From the NCBI GenBank assembly GCA_028718605.1, contig JAQULM010000001.1, positions 94,693-158,692 of the forward strand: a DNA stretch of 64,000 nucleotides, written 5' to 3'. A model generated the notes under the pieces. It saw only the letters and a program-made list of their open reading frames with translations. It was not told the origin of the DNA and did no database searches. Positions 47,989 through 58,419 of the stretch are shown piece by piece. This DNA comes from Patescibacteria group bacterium. Lineage in GTDB: Bacteria > Patescibacteriota > Patescibacteriia > UBA10025 > JAHIVO01. Positions within the stretch are counted from its first letter, which is position 1. Every line of letters starts with the position of its first letter. Both the position numbers and the translations under genes were made by a program.

Positions 47989-49656
47989 TCACTTCAGAAG
48001 GAGCATCTTTTTTGTTTCAACTGCCTCAAAAGTTGCGAGGCGGTAGAAATAGACGCCCGAGGAGTACTGGCTCGCATCCCACGTGATAGAATACTCGCCA
48101 GCAGGCTGGTCTCCGTCGACGAGCACAGTTACTCGCTGACCGAGGATGTTGTACACATCGAGCGTGACGTGCGCGGCATCCGGCAGTGAATAGCTGATGG
48201 TCGTTACGGGATTGAACGGGTTCGGGTAGTTCTGGGACAGGGTGAAGGTGATAGGAAGGATATTGCCGTCCTCCTGGCTAACAATCGATGCCTTCCCGGC
48301 GACCTGACACGGGCTGATGGGATCCCACTGGTTTGTGCCGGTTGCAAAAATGCGGTAGAAACTGCTTCCCTTCTTGAAATCCTGGCACCACTTCCCTCCG
48401 TAGTAGAAACGGTCAATCGTTGCGCATCCGAATTTCGCAACGCCACCATTCGCATCGTAACGGTCCTTGATCGTACCGTACACCCAATACGCCTCATTGG
48501 TCGCGCATTCGTTTCCTTCCCAATTCTCCATGTCGTACATGATCATGCCAGGATCACCCGTTGGCGCGTCAGTGCCGCCCTGGAAATCCTGGATAACGAT
48601 GTTGCCATAGAGAACGTGGACCCTGTTCATCGCATTACCGACATCGCGCGATGCGCCGTTACGGTCATAGGCATCCGCAAACAGGTAAGAATACCTGCTG
48701 TTCCAGATTTCGCCGGATGACCATCCAGGAGCGCACGTTTGGTAACCGGAGATAGTACCATTTACGATGTACCCTTTTTGGAAGTCCTGGCGCCATTTCT
48801 CGGGACTACTTGAAACCTTATACGAGTTCGTAATCGGCATCCCGAGGCAGGAGTTCGGGCCGCCTTGGCCAGAGGAACCATTCAATCCGCAACTTACCGA
48901 AAGGTTATCCCAGGTGGTCCACTTCTCCCATCCAACGCAGTACGCATACATAGCACCGCCGAGAGCATCGTAGACGATTGCAGCTTGGCCGGATGAATGG
49001 ATAGCGCGCTGGCAGTTAGCCGCAGCGAGATCGTTGTCGTACGTGTTGTACGCATATGTCGGGAACGGATGGTACCACCCGACCGAACCGATACTCGAAC
49101 CGAACGCGGTATTCGGGCTCTGCGGCCAGCCGTACGGATTGCGGTTATTCATCGGTTTCGAACGTCGCTCGCTGATGAGCTGGGATGGGGTCTTGGTCTG
49201 GCGATATGGAACCGGGCCACCGTAGATAAAACCCTGATCAGTGCTCGTATAGCGCTTAGCGCGTACGCCAGCGTTACATTTTGAGCAACAGTTCATCTCG
49301 GAAACCCAGAATGAACCGTCTGAGTGCACGTACATTACAAAGGCGACGTGGCCAAGTTTTGGGATTTTCGCAGCACTGAAACATACGATACTTCCTACGC
49401 GAGGCGCGGAGCCACGCGAAAGATTTTCCCGGATAGCATCCGGCCACCAGCCCGTCCCATCGCCGTGAACCCCTTCGCCATCAAGATCAGGCCTTTGAGC
49501 ATATGCCCACCAGGTACAGTTACCGTTATTCGGACAACACTCATAGGTGTTACCAGGATAGCGGACACCGCCACACTCCGGATCTGACGCGGCGATTACG
49601 TTCCCTACCAGTAGCAAGATGATAGGGATAACAAGCACTACATGTCTGAAATTCAT
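47989..49656 (-). CDS. Secreted CHAP-domain protein with a T9SS type-A C-terminal sorting domain
   Basis: A signal peptide. The CHAP-like Cys/His region is CTWWAY...GSIVCF...GHVAFV. The C-terminus, SQNYPNPFNPVTTISYSLP...VYNILGQRV...SGVYFYRL, matches the T9SS CTD consensus. Confidence 0.8.
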   Translation of the reverse strand: MNFRHVVLVIPIILLLVGNVIAASDPECGGVRYPGNTYECCPNNGNCTWWAYAQRPDLDGEGVHGDGTGWWPDAIRENLSRGSAPRVGSIVCFSAAKIPKLGHVAFVMYVHSDGSFWVSEMNCCSKCNAGVRAKRYTSTDQGFIYGGPVPYRQTKTPSQLISERRSKPMNNRNPYGWPQSPNTAFGSSIGSVGWYHPFPTYAYNTYDNDLAAANCQRAIHSSGQAAIVYDALGGAMYAYCVGWEKWTTWDNLSVSCGLNGSSGQGGPNSCLGMPITNSYKVSSSPEKWRQDFQKGYIVNGTISGYQTCAPGWSSGEIWNSRYSYLFADAYDRNGASRDVGNAMNRVHVLYGNIVIQDFQGGTDAPTGDPGMIMYDMENWEGNECATNEAYWVYGTIKDRYDANGGVAKFGCATIDRFYYGGKWCQDFKKGSSFYRIFATGTNQWDPISPCQVAGKASIVSQEDGNILPITFTLSQNYPNPFNPVTTISYSLPDAAHVTLDVYNILGQRVTVLVDGDQPAGEYSITWDASQYSSGVYFYRLATFEAVETKKMLLLK

Positions 49657-49726
49657 TTCAGACCTCCTTGATTTGAACGTTACTGTGTTTAAGTTGTTAA
49701 ATTTCGATTTATCTGATTGTTAGTTT

Positions 49727-50668
49727 CTATAGAAACTTGAAGCTTTCCACCATATCTGAATCAAAATCTTCGAAAGGATCAAAGCTTTTAATAAATGTTT
49801 GCGCTTGCCCTAAGTTCCACGACACGAAAATATGCTTCTTCTCATTATAAATTAATTCCGTTGCATAATTCACAGGACACTCGCTTTCGTTTAGCTCCTT
49901 ACCATCCCCTTCAATCGAAATACTATATATCCCATTCCCAAGTTTAGATTGTGTCATAGCACCTAATTCGCAACCCGATCCATAGCGATCCCGAATAGCC
50001 TGTCGTAATTCAGAATTATTATTTATGGCTTTCACTTCAATCTTCCAGTTACTCTGATAATATTGGTCTTCCTGCACTAATGTTGCTAAAGTCGTATCAA
50101 TTTTAATACAATCAGAGAAATAGCTATGATCTATACCATTAACCGTTTCATCGGTTCGCCCTTTTAATTGATAACTATAACTATTTACCAAATAAACGGT
50201 ATCGCTATTTTCAAAAACTGATGTGGGAATCATCGCATTAACTGGCCTATATGAATGGTCTTCTGTTCCATCAGATGCAATTGCTTCATTCCATTCGCAT
50301 CCTCCATAGTTAGTCATTATCTGTTTTGGTAGCTTTATTGAAAACCCGAGATGATAATTTGTATATTGTACCCATGTATTATCGATACTAATAATTTCTG
50401 AGGGTTTTATTTCAGGAGAATACGTACTTTGAATAACTGGTATAGTATCATCGCTATTTACAACGGCATTTACGTTCTTATTTGAATTTGCAGTAGTATT
50501 CGTATTCACCACCGCATTAGCATTGCCATTCCCATTCGTATTCACCTTACCTGACAAAATCGCGTACGTACCATATGCGGCTGCCGCGACAACAAGGATA
50601 AAAAGCACGATCCAGAGTGTCCGCTGGGCGGGTTTAATTGGCTTGGTTTGGGGGGTTTGGGTGTCCAT
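49727..50668 (-). CDS. Hypothetical membrane-anchored protein with an Asn/Thr-rich low-complexity linker
   Basis: An N-terminal TM, NTNGNGNANAVVNTNTTANSNKNVNAVVNS, then a globular domain of about 230 aa. Confidence 0.5.
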   Translation of the reverse strand: MDTQTPQTKPIKPAQRTLWIVLFILVVAAAAYGTYAILSGKVNTNGNGNANAVVNTNTTANSNKNVNAVVNSDDTIPVIQSTYSPEIKPSEIISIDNTWVQYTNYHLGFSIKLPKQIMTNYGGCEWNEAIASDGTEDHSYRPVNAMIPTSVFENSDTVYLVNSYSYQLKGRTDETVNGIDHSYFSDCIKIDTTLATLVQEDQYYQSNWKIEVKAINNNSELRQAIRDRYGSGCELGAMTQSKLGNGIYSISIEGDGKELNESECPVNYATELIYNEKKHIFVSWNLGQAQTFIKSFDPFEDFDSDMVESFKFL

Positions 50669-51171
50669 AGTATACTAGTTTAATTAATCTCTACTGTAAG
50701 CGTAACACCTACAAGTGGTGCGTCAATGCAGGAAACATTAGCGTTTTTGCATTAACGTGATCGGGCAACCAAAAAATCTGTGCATAACAAAAAACGGTGC
50801 ATCGGGATATCCACCGATTATTGCGCCGTCGCGACGGCGCGAAAATATTTTTACGTGGCTATTCCTTTTTTCTTCTGCCTGCCCGATCGGTACTATTTTA
50901 ATGCCGCCCTTTAGAAAGAAATGTTACGGAAATTGTGGGAGGAGTAACGGTCCGTCCAGGACGGACCGCCGCGTCCTGTTCGAGCGTACGAGCAAAAGCG
51001 AGAAGCGAGTTACGCGACGGAGTGACGACGAGCCAATTTCTGTTAATTTCTTTATATGGGCGGAATCTCTTTTCTGTCACTTTTCTGGATTGGCAGAAAA
51101 GTGACAATAAAAAAATGTACAAATTGAAAAAACAAGCCCGGCCGCGGAGCGCCACGCCCGGAAGGTAGTAT

Positions 51172-54027
51172 TTACTTTTTCTTCCGTTCTTCCGCTTTCC
51201 CGATCGGCAGCGTGAAATGGAACGTCGAACCCTTGCCGATGCCCTGCGATTCCACCCAGATCGTGCCGCCGTGCGCCTCGGTCAATCGCCGGGCCACGTA
51301 CAAGCCGAGGCCGGAGCCGTCCGGATTCACCTGTGCGATGCCAAATCCGCGCACGAACTTCGCGAAGAGCTTCTTCGCCTCCTCCGGCTCGATACCGCGG
51401 CCCGTGTCTTTCACGCTGACGAGAATATCGCTTCCCTTCTTCACGGTTGAAACCACTACACTGCCGGCATCTGTATACTTGATCGCGTTATCTACCAAGT
51501 TCAGAATCATATCATCGAGCTTGTCGTGGTCAGCGGAAATGATCGGCAATGCGGTTTTCGGCTTATTATACTTCAGCACAAGCTTCTTGTCAGTGGCGTT
51601 CTTCTGGACGACCGACAGCACGTGCTCGACAATCTCCTCAACCTGCGTTGGCTGGAGATTCAGCACGAGCTTACCGGATTCGATCTTCGATACGTCCAGG
51701 AACAGGTTAATGAGCCGTATCATGCGCTGGGATTCATCGAGCAGCCCCTGCAGGATCTTGTGCTGTTCAGCCGGCACCTTACCGAAGTCTTCCTGCAGTA
51801 TCATGGACAGGTAGCCCATGATGCCGGTCATGGGCGTGCGGAGCTGGTGCGACGTTATTGAAACGAATTCCGATTTTGCCGAGTCAAGCTGCTGCAAATG
51901 CTTGTTCGCTTCGGCAAGTTCCGTATTCGACCGTGCGAGCTCTTGGTAGAGCTCGATATTCCGGTACACGATGCCGGTCTGGTTCGCAAGCGCCTTCATG
52001 ATCGAGAGGTCAGTATCCCTGAGCGTCCCAGGGTCGCGCTGCATCAGGAAATCAATGACGCCAATAATGCCTTCTTCGGAATAGATCGGGACTGCGATGA
52101 CTGTCTTGAGCGCGATAAGCGACTGGATTTTACCGCATACATCTTCTGGAACTGCCGGGGAGAGGAACTCGTGAAGTTCACTGCCGATCTGGATTTTCCC
52201 GAGTTTAATCGCTTTCACGGACCTGCTCGTGCTCGTCTGGAAATTTGAATAGAGTTCTGACAATGGTTTACCGATCAGGTTCATAATCTCCGGCGTCATG
52301 AGCCCGCGCGTGACCGCATCCGGGAATAACTTGTGCCTTTCCCTTCCGAGAAACATCACGATGCCGCCCAGGTACCCGAGCTCGTCCGCGATCGCGTCGG
52401 CGATCGACTGCGTCACTTTGCGAAAATCAAGCGTTTTGGTCATCAGCGTCGTCACTTTCTGTAACGCTGACAGGAACTTGTTGCGCTCCTGGAGCTGGAC
52501 GTTAGTGCTACGGAGGTCCTCGGTTGCGACCGCGACTTCCTTCTTCAGCCGCTCAGTAAACCGCTGTGCTTCCTCATATAAGCGTGATTTATCGAGTGCA
52601 GACGCGAGTTGCGGACCGATGAGCTTCAACAGATTGAGGTCTTCTGATCCATATGGATCACCTGACATCTTCGGTCCGAGCACCATAACCGCATTTAAAC
52701 TATTGCCAACGATAATGGGTGCAACCACGCTTGCATCGAGCTTGTCGAGCTCGGCTTTTGACGACTCGAGCTGTTTCCGTTCCCTCTCTTCCTGCGTATC
52801 TTCTATCTTACGTTCAAGCGCTTCCAAAACGATGACTTCATGGGACGTCTTCATGTATTGCACAAGCGGATTATCGTGCCCGAGACGTTCCCCAATGCCG
52901 GTCTGTCCTGTTATCTGCCCCAACGGCATATCGGGAAGTTTTTTCCCGGTCTTTGGGTCAATCCTACCCCTGCGCTTAAAAAATGCCCCGCCAATCGATG
53001 CCGATAAAAATATTGATACGTTCTTGACTTTCAACTTCGATTCCAATTCCCGCGACATTGAAAACAAAAGTATGTCCAAATCAATTTCACGATTAATGAT
53101 TTCACTTAATTCGGAAAGGAGGTGCTGGTAATCAACTTTGGCTTTAAAGAAGAAAGTATCAGTAATTTGAGCGATTGCTTGTCGTAATGGATTTAGTAAA
53201 AAGACAATAATTATTGCAACTATGACCTGAATAGCAATTGTTGTTATAAAATCAAGATTTAATGACCTTGGTAAAAGTAATGTCAGCACAACCACAACTA
53301 CCGAAACAAATATCGTAACAACTGAATAAGTAATAGTTCTTAGAATGATTAACCTAATATCAAGTAATTGGTGCTTTATAATTGCGTAAGCTGTAAATAC
53401 TATAAAAAATATTGTTGCAAAGGTGCCATAATTACTTAATTGTGAACTTCCAAGAGCAGGCAAGAATAAATTTGTAATACTTCCGAACACTACAGAAATT
53501 AATAAACCGAAGAATAAATACTTTATTCTTGTTCTTTTAACGCCTACCGCATGACGATAACTATTAACAAGAAAAAAGAAAGCTAACAATATATAAACAA
53601 TAAAATACAGCAGAAAGAGATAATAGAAAGGACCAAAAACGGGTACTATTGGATGAATCGTAATATCTTCAACGCCTGTTATAACTAAATTAGCAAGTGT
53701 TAAACATACGAGCAATATTGCCGGTAATATTATTAGATATGGAATTTGTCTTTTAAATTTATATTTTGAAGGGAAAATTAGAGTAAATAATAATAAAAAT
53801 GCCGGGATAAAAAACGACCCGATAAAGGTCATTTTTGTCCAGAAAAAGGCCGCGGAATAGGAATTAGTCAAATCAACAGTAAAATTTGAAATTAACCATA
53901 CACTTATTGCAATGGTAAAAGAAAGGAAGGTAATATTTACCGTTCCTCTTCGGTTTCTGGTAAACACCAGAATCCCCAAAAAAAGATTTAACCCAACAAT
54001 TAGTAATAATGCTATTAATTGATTCAT
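51172..54027 (-). CDS. Sensor histidine kinase with an N-terminal 7TM (HisKA_7TM-like) domain, GAF domain(s), HisKA and HATPase_c. The architecture is PrsK-like.
   Basis: An N-terminal multi-TM block; the H-box SHQLRTPMTGIMGYL; the G-boxes DTGRGI and GSGLGLYVARRL. No response regulator lies adjacent. Confidence 0.85.
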   Translation of the reverse strand: MNQLIALLLIVGLNLFLGILVFTRNRRGTVNITFLSFTIAISVWLISNFTVDLTNSYSAAFFWTKMTFIGSFFIPAFLLLFTLIFPSKYKFKRQIPYLIILPAILLVCLTLANLVITGVEDITIHPIVPVFGPFYYLFLLYFIVYILLAFFFLVNSYRHAVGVKRTRIKYLFFGLLISVVFGSITNLFLPALGSSQLSNYGTFATIFFIVFTAYAIIKHQLLDIRLIILRTITYSVVTIFVSVVVVVLTLLLPRSLNLDFITTIAIQVIVAIIIVFLLNPLRQAIAQITDTFFFKAKVDYQHLLSELSEIINREIDLDILLFSMSRELESKLKVKNVSIFLSASIGGAFFKRRGRIDPKTGKKLPDMPLGQITGQTGIGERLGHDNPLVQYMKTSHEVIVLEALERKIEDTQEERERKQLESSKAELDKLDASVVAPIIVGNSLNAVMVLGPKMSGDPYGSEDLNLLKLIGPQLASALDKSRLYEEAQRFTERLKKEVAVATEDLRSTNVQLQERNKFLSALQKVTTLMTKTLDFRKVTQSIADAIADELGYLGGIVMFLGRERHKLFPDAVTRGLMTPEIMNLIGKPLSELYSNFQTSTSRSVKAIKLGKIQIGSELHEFLSPAVPEDVCGKIQSLIALKTVIAVPIYSEEGIIGVIDFLMQRDPGTLRDTDLSIMKALANQTGIVYRNIELYQELARSNTELAEANKHLQQLDSAKSEFVSITSHQLRTPMTGIMGYLSMILQEDFGKVPAEQHKILQGLLDESQRMIRLINLFLDVSKIESGKLVLNLQPTQVEEIVEHVLSVVQKNATDKKLVLKYNKPKTALPIISADHDKLDDMILNLVDNAIKYTDAGSVVVSTVKKGSDILVSVKDTGRGIEPEEAKKLFAKFVRGFGIAQVNPDGSGLGLYVARRLTEAHGGTIWVESQGIGKGSTFHFTLPIGKAEERKKK

Positions 54028-54031
54028 TCAA

Positions 54032-54823
54032 TTAATATTGATTATAAATATATTTTTTAAGCAGCAAATCGATTGCGATAATATTCGGTACAACGACTGG
54101 CTTCCTTTTACCAAGAAGAATAAATAGTGCTTCAGCAACCATGATACTAGCAGCTAACGTTTGAGCAAGTGCAATATTAGGTATGGGAATTCTTTTTTGT
54201 ATAGTTTTACTTATTATCTCCTCATTAATATAGTCCGGTAAAATTGGTGCATATTTTTCAGGCGGAATTATTATTTGACCCACCTCTTCCCTTGACATCC
54301 CTTCGTGCATTCCTAAATATTCGTTAAACGAAATCCCATTAGGATCAAAAATTAATATACTTGCACCATAGCCGATTGCTTGTGGGGCTAACACAAATTT
54401 TTTCTGGTGCTTTGCTTCATTCGTTAATATATACGAAAAAAATAATTCATTATAATCAATGCAATCGAAAATAATATCAGATTGCTTTACAATCTCAGTT
54501 ACGTTCTTTTCATTTAATCCTTCCTTGTGCGGTGTAACTTTAATATTAGAATTAATCCCTTTAACAATTCGTGCCGTTATCTGAGCCTTATTCTCGCCTA
54601 TTGTTTTTTCAAAAGCACTAAATTGATTATTAATATTCACTGCCTCATAATTTTCTGGATCTGCTAATATTATAGACTCAACACCCGTCCTTGCGGCAAT
54701 TTGAGCAGTAATACTACCCATTCCACCACAACCGATCACCCCGATAGTTAAATTGCGTATGGTCTTTTGTTCTTTTTCAGAAAAGATCCCAATGTTTCTG
54801 GCAAACATTACATCATATTCCAT
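54032..54823 (-). CDS. ThiF/MoeB/HesA-family E1-like adenylyltransferase
   Basis: The Rossmann motif IGVIGCGGMGSITA and the ThiF-family core. No Cys-rich Zn motif. The gene is AT-rich. Confidence 0.8.
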   Translation of the reverse strand: MEYDVMFARNIGIFSEKEQKTIRNLTIGVIGCGGMGSITAQIAARTGVESIILADPENYEAVNINNQFSAFEKTIGENKAQITARIVKGINSNIKVTPHKEGLNEKNVTEIVKQSDIIFDCIDYNELFFSYILTNEAKHQKKFVLAPQAIGYGASILIFDPNGISFNEYLGMHEGMSREEVGQIIIPPEKYAPILPDYINEEIISKTIQKRIPIPNIALAQTLAASIMVAEALFILLGKRKPVVVPNIIAIDLLLKKYIYNQY

Positions 54824-54843
54824 ATTTTTGTATGAATTGGTTT

Positions 54844-55317
54844 TTATATAATACTACGAACAATTTGAATCCCGCTACTATAAATAAATATCCAGGTTAC
54901 AAAAAATAAAATATTTATTGAAAATATTAAGTAATACAATCTTTTTTTTTCGTAGCCCAGTAAACAAATCAGAACCGTAGTCACGGGCGTCCCAGCAGAT
55001 AATGTAGAAAAAACTATCCCAGTAAATTCACTATATCGAAGTACCACACGTTTTTTCTTACTTAAAGACTCTTCTTTGTTCTTAATCCAATTATGGAGTA
55101 TGTTAATTATCCTATTGCCTGATTCCTTGCTTTTATTATATAGCTTCGCAATTCCAAAACAAATTAGTATAAACGTTGCTGTAAATAATATAAAGGAGAT
55201 CAGTGGTCCTAAAAAAAATATACTAGAAATAAGTAGACTTTCCCCAAAGATTAACAAAATAACACTAATAAATATTGAAGAGACCGCGCTGCTATATTTC
55301 AATACTCCTCTTAGCAT
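54844..55317 (-). CDS. Hypothetical 4-TM membrane protein
   Basis: Four hydrophobic helices. AT-rich. Confidence 0.5.
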   Translation of the reverse strand: MLRGVLKYSSAVSSIFISVILLIFGESLLISSIFFLGPLISFILFTATFILICFGIAKLYNKSKESGNRIINILHNWIKNKEESLSKKKRVVLRYSEFTGIVFSTLSAGTPVTTVLICLLGYEKKRLYYLIFSINILFFVTWIFIYSSGIQIVRSII

Positions 55318-55397
55318 TTCATATTAGCAATTTATTATATTCTCATTGTAAACAAAAGATTGCATATCTATCGCCGATCTATTAATTTTTTCGTAAA

Positions 55398-56144
55398 TTA
55401 TTTTTTTGAAAAAAAGTTATAAAACAGTGGATTCTTTCTTTTTAAAAAATCCTCCATCTCGGCTACCTTTAATAGATTTGGGCAGGTGTGGCCTTGATAT
55501 GAAGAATATTCTCCGATTCTATTAAATGGAAAGCTCAATTTCAATAGCATATTCAATAATCTATCATCCATAACACTATAAATCTGCGTAATACCTTTCG
55601 ATTTGACATAATGATACATCGCTCGGATAAGTAATAGCATCAAATGAAAACGACGGTAATCGGGTGATAAAATCAAACGTGATATTTCTGCAATATGGTT
55701 TCGATCGATTTTATCTTGACTGTTAATTTTAAAGTGATTTTCTATAGGAAATCCCTTATCAGAAATTAAAATTAGCCGCACATAACCAACAATTTCTTCG
55801 ACACCCCCTTTAAAGTTTCGTTTTAGAAGGACAAAATGTTCAGAGTAGGGATCGTATTCATCACTTTCTAGCTTATGTGGATAATTTGAGGCTTGAAGGT
55901 AATTATATTGCTCACAGTATACCTCATACCGTAAGCGATAAATACGATACATATCATCAAGATTTTGCGAATATCTAATATAAAAATTTCTTGAGGTCCA
56001 ATGATTAAAAATAATAAATTTAAAAAAATTATCAAGCTTTTTAAAAAAACGTTTAATAACTTTATTACTTATTTTAAAATTTCCAAGAAAAATATCCCAG
56101 AGACTTATATCTAGCTCCTGATCATTATCATTTGAATCAGCCAT
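55398..56144 (-). CDS. GNAT-fold N-acyltransferase of the LuxI / N-acyl-amino-acid-synthase type (exosortase-system-associated acyltransferase-like)
   Basis: MYRIYRLRYEVYCEQYNYL (compare R-x-x-V-F in LuxI/NasY) and ESDEYDPYSEHFVLL. Confidence 0.6.
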   Translation of the reverse strand: MADSNDNDQELDISLWDIFLGNFKISNKVIKRFFKKLDNFFKFIIFNHWTSRNFYIRYSQNLDDMYRIYRLRYEVYCEQYNYLQASNYPHKLESDEYDPYSEHFVLLKRNFKGGVEEIVGYVRLILISDKGFPIENHFKINSQDKIDRNHIAEISRLILSPDYRRFHLMLLLIRAMYHYVKSKGITQIYSVMDDRLLNMLLKLSFPFNRIGEYSSYQGHTCPNLLKVAEMEDFLKRKNPLFYNFFSKK

Positions 56145-56330
56145 ATACAAATTCCTCTGCTATAAAATCTTTTTTGTATAAAATTAACCCCTGTGCATGA
56201 AAATAGGGGCTTTTCGTGAGTTATTCATACTTTTCGTCTTTATTTTTCTTTCACCTATATTGTACCATATTTTCAGGTAAATTGAAAGGCTCTAGTGTCT
56301 TACGCTAAAGTAATTCAACACCATTCCAAT

Positions 56331-57761
56331 TTACCGCTGGGTCCCAGTAATCCTCCCGATCGCCTGCTCGTACAAAATCGCATTCCCAATCGCGCTGGTC
56401 ATTTGCGGCTGGAGGCGCGTTAAATAACTGACATTGTCGGCAGTGAACGCCTCGCCGCCTTTTTTCTCGCCGAACAAAAACACGCCGAGCAGGTTATCCC
56501 GCTCACCGATCGGCAACGCCATTGCCACCTTCATTGAATTGAGTCTGTCACCAACCTTGCGTAGCACTTCACGTTGGCCGTTGACCTGCTCCTCGATCAG
56601 ATACGGAATTTCTTCCGTAATCAATAACCGCGGGTTAGCGCGCAGATACTGGATGAGCACGTCATCCTGTGCGATTCGATTCGCGCCACCATGTCCTTTT
56701 TCAAAAACGCCGGTACTGGCATTCATCACAAAGAAGTCGATTGTGCCAACGCTGAAAAAATCGCCGAACCGCGACCGTATTGTATTGACCAGGCGGTCGA
56801 GCTGGAATCCTGAAGATAAGGCATTCCGCATTTCCCTGATCTCATCCTTCACGTCAGGCCGGTTTGAATAAAACACTTTGTCGACAGCTTTCAATATCAA
56901 TCGGCGAAGCGGCTCGATCGTTAGAACGATGGCAAACACAAGTAACAGCGTTGTTGTCTGGTCTGACCAGCCGAATTGCTTGACAAAATACCTTTGCGAA
57001 AAAATCAGTATATAAAAATATAAGAATAAAATGAGCGCAATTGAAATAAAGTTCGAGACGCCTTTTCGAATAACTAGATTGATGTCCATGAGGCGATACT
57101 TCAGTATTGAGTAAGCAAATGACACTGAAATGAAAATTGTACCAAGGGGGCCCCAAAAATTGGGATGGTTTTTATCGATAATCGGCATCACTAAATCGGC
57201 GATAAAACCGATTACTATTGCGGGCCCAAACCCAAAAACGATGTATTTTAACTTTGCGCGGTCAATCGAAATGCTCTTACGGTATTTTCTAATCAACAAC
57301 AGATAGGCAAATGAAACATACACTAAAGTATACATTGCAAAAACACTTTGGTAATCGCCATATACGGGAATTGAATATTCTTTTCCAACTATTATTTGGT
57401 CTTTGGCGAAATAGGGGCCAAGCGATGAAATTGTAATCACAAGAGATGGAACTAACAGCACGAGTAATTGCCATAATTTGAATTTGCTTTTCGTCGGAAA
57501 AAGTAGAACAAAAATTATAAAAGTAGGCGCAATTAAGGCGCCAAACATAAATGCCATTCTCCCACACAATAATGCGAAATTTTGACTGGTATTAACCAGG
57601 TAGCTGAGATAATTGGTAATTAACCATCCATTCAGCACCATTACCAACAGAAAAAACGTCCACTTGATTGCTCTTTGCTTGGCCTTGAACAATACGATAA
57701 AAGCAACTCCAAAATTAACAATTGCTACTATCCACTCAAAAACTTTCAATACTTCAATCAT
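56331..57761 (-). CDS. 7TM-GAF sensor paralog with no kinase domain
   Basis: An N-terminal 7TM block homologous to that of the HK at 51172..54027 (shared motif KYRLMDINLVIRKGV / KHQLLDIRLIILRTI), then a GAF-like domain. There is no H-box. Confidence 0.7.
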   Translation of the reverse strand: MIEVLKVFEWIVAIVNFGVAFIVLFKAKQRAIKWTFFLLVMVLNGWLITNYLSYLVNTSQNFALLCGRMAFMFGALIAPTFIIFVLLFPTKSKFKLWQLLVLLVPSLVITISSLGPYFAKDQIIVGKEYSIPVYGDYQSVFAMYTLVYVSFAYLLLIRKYRKSISIDRAKLKYIVFGFGPAIVIGFIADLVMPIIDKNHPNFWGPLGTIFISVSFAYSILKYRLMDINLVIRKGVSNFISIALILFLYFYILIFSQRYFVKQFGWSDQTTTLLLVFAIVLTIEPLRRLILKAVDKVFYSNRPDVKDEIREMRNALSSGFQLDRLVNTIRSRFGDFFSVGTIDFFVMNASTGVFEKGHGGANRIAQDDVLIQYLRANPRLLITEEIPYLIEEQVNGQREVLRKVGDRLNSMKVAMALPIGERDNLLGVFLFGEKKGGEAFTADNVSYLTRLQPQMTSAIGNAILYEQAIGRITGTQR

Positions 57762-57762
57762 A

Positions 57763-58353
57763 TTATTTTCCCTTAAACCCCTCGTCTTTTTCCATTATTT
57801 CCTCTAAAAACTTCCGTAAGAAATCGGCTTTAGTCAATTTCCGCTGCTTGGCTTTGGCAGTCAAGTACCGCTCCATGCGCGGAGTGATGCGGAGGGTAAA
57901 CTTGATCGTCGGCTTTTGGCTGAATCCCTTGCCAGAACTGACCTGTTCGATGAAATCTATGACTACCTGCGCGAGCTCTTTCGCCGAATACTGGACGATG
58001 TGGATGTATTCGGGCGTATTTTTCTTGGTCAGGTACCCATGCGCGATCTTTTCCGGGGTGCCCTTCCGCACCAGGTACAGGAGCGGCTTGCGCAGGGAGA
58101 TCGCGTACGCGAGCAAATAGCCGATCTCTTGGTCCTGCTGCGACCCTTCGATCACGATGCAGTCCATCTTGTCGAGCAGCGTCTCCCCTGTTTCATTGAG
58201 CCGCTCGAGCTCCTCTTTCTTGAAATCGTTGTTGTTCTCGTTGTTGGACGCGACGACGAAAATCCCGGCATTGCGCAGCGTCTCTGCAATCAATTTATAG
58301 TTTTGATTGAGCTCAGCCGGGGCTATGAGCGGAGTGAAGAGATAGAGGCGCAT
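57763..58353 (-). CDS. NDT-like (nucleoside 2-deoxyribosyltransferase fold) domain fused to a C-terminal ribbon-helix-helix DNA-binding domain
   Basis: N-terminus: LYLFTPLI...DCIVIEGSQQDQEIGYLLAYAISLRKPLLYL. C-terminus: TIKFTLRITPRMERYLTAKAKQRKLTKADFLRKFLEEI. Confidence 0.55.
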   Translation of the reverse strand: MRLYLFTPLIAPAELNQNYKLIAETLRNAGIFVVASNNENNNDFKKEELERLNETGETLLDKMDCIVIEGSQQDQEIGYLLAYAISLRKPLLYLVRKGTPEKIAHGYLTKKNTPEYIHIVQYSAKELAQVVIDFIEQVSSGKGFSQKPTIKFTLRITPRMERYLTAKAKQRKLTKADFLRKFLEEIMEKDEGFKGK

Positions 58354-58419
58354 TGTTAGTTAAGTAGTAGGGAGTAAGTTATAAGAAATTAGTAAGGAGA
58401 TATGAAGTAGGTTCGCAGA

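Noticed and set aside
52298-53131. 277-aa Ser-rich plus-strand ORF
   Set aside because: It is entirely antisense to the histidine-kinase gene and has a low-complexity composition. It is a shadow ORF.
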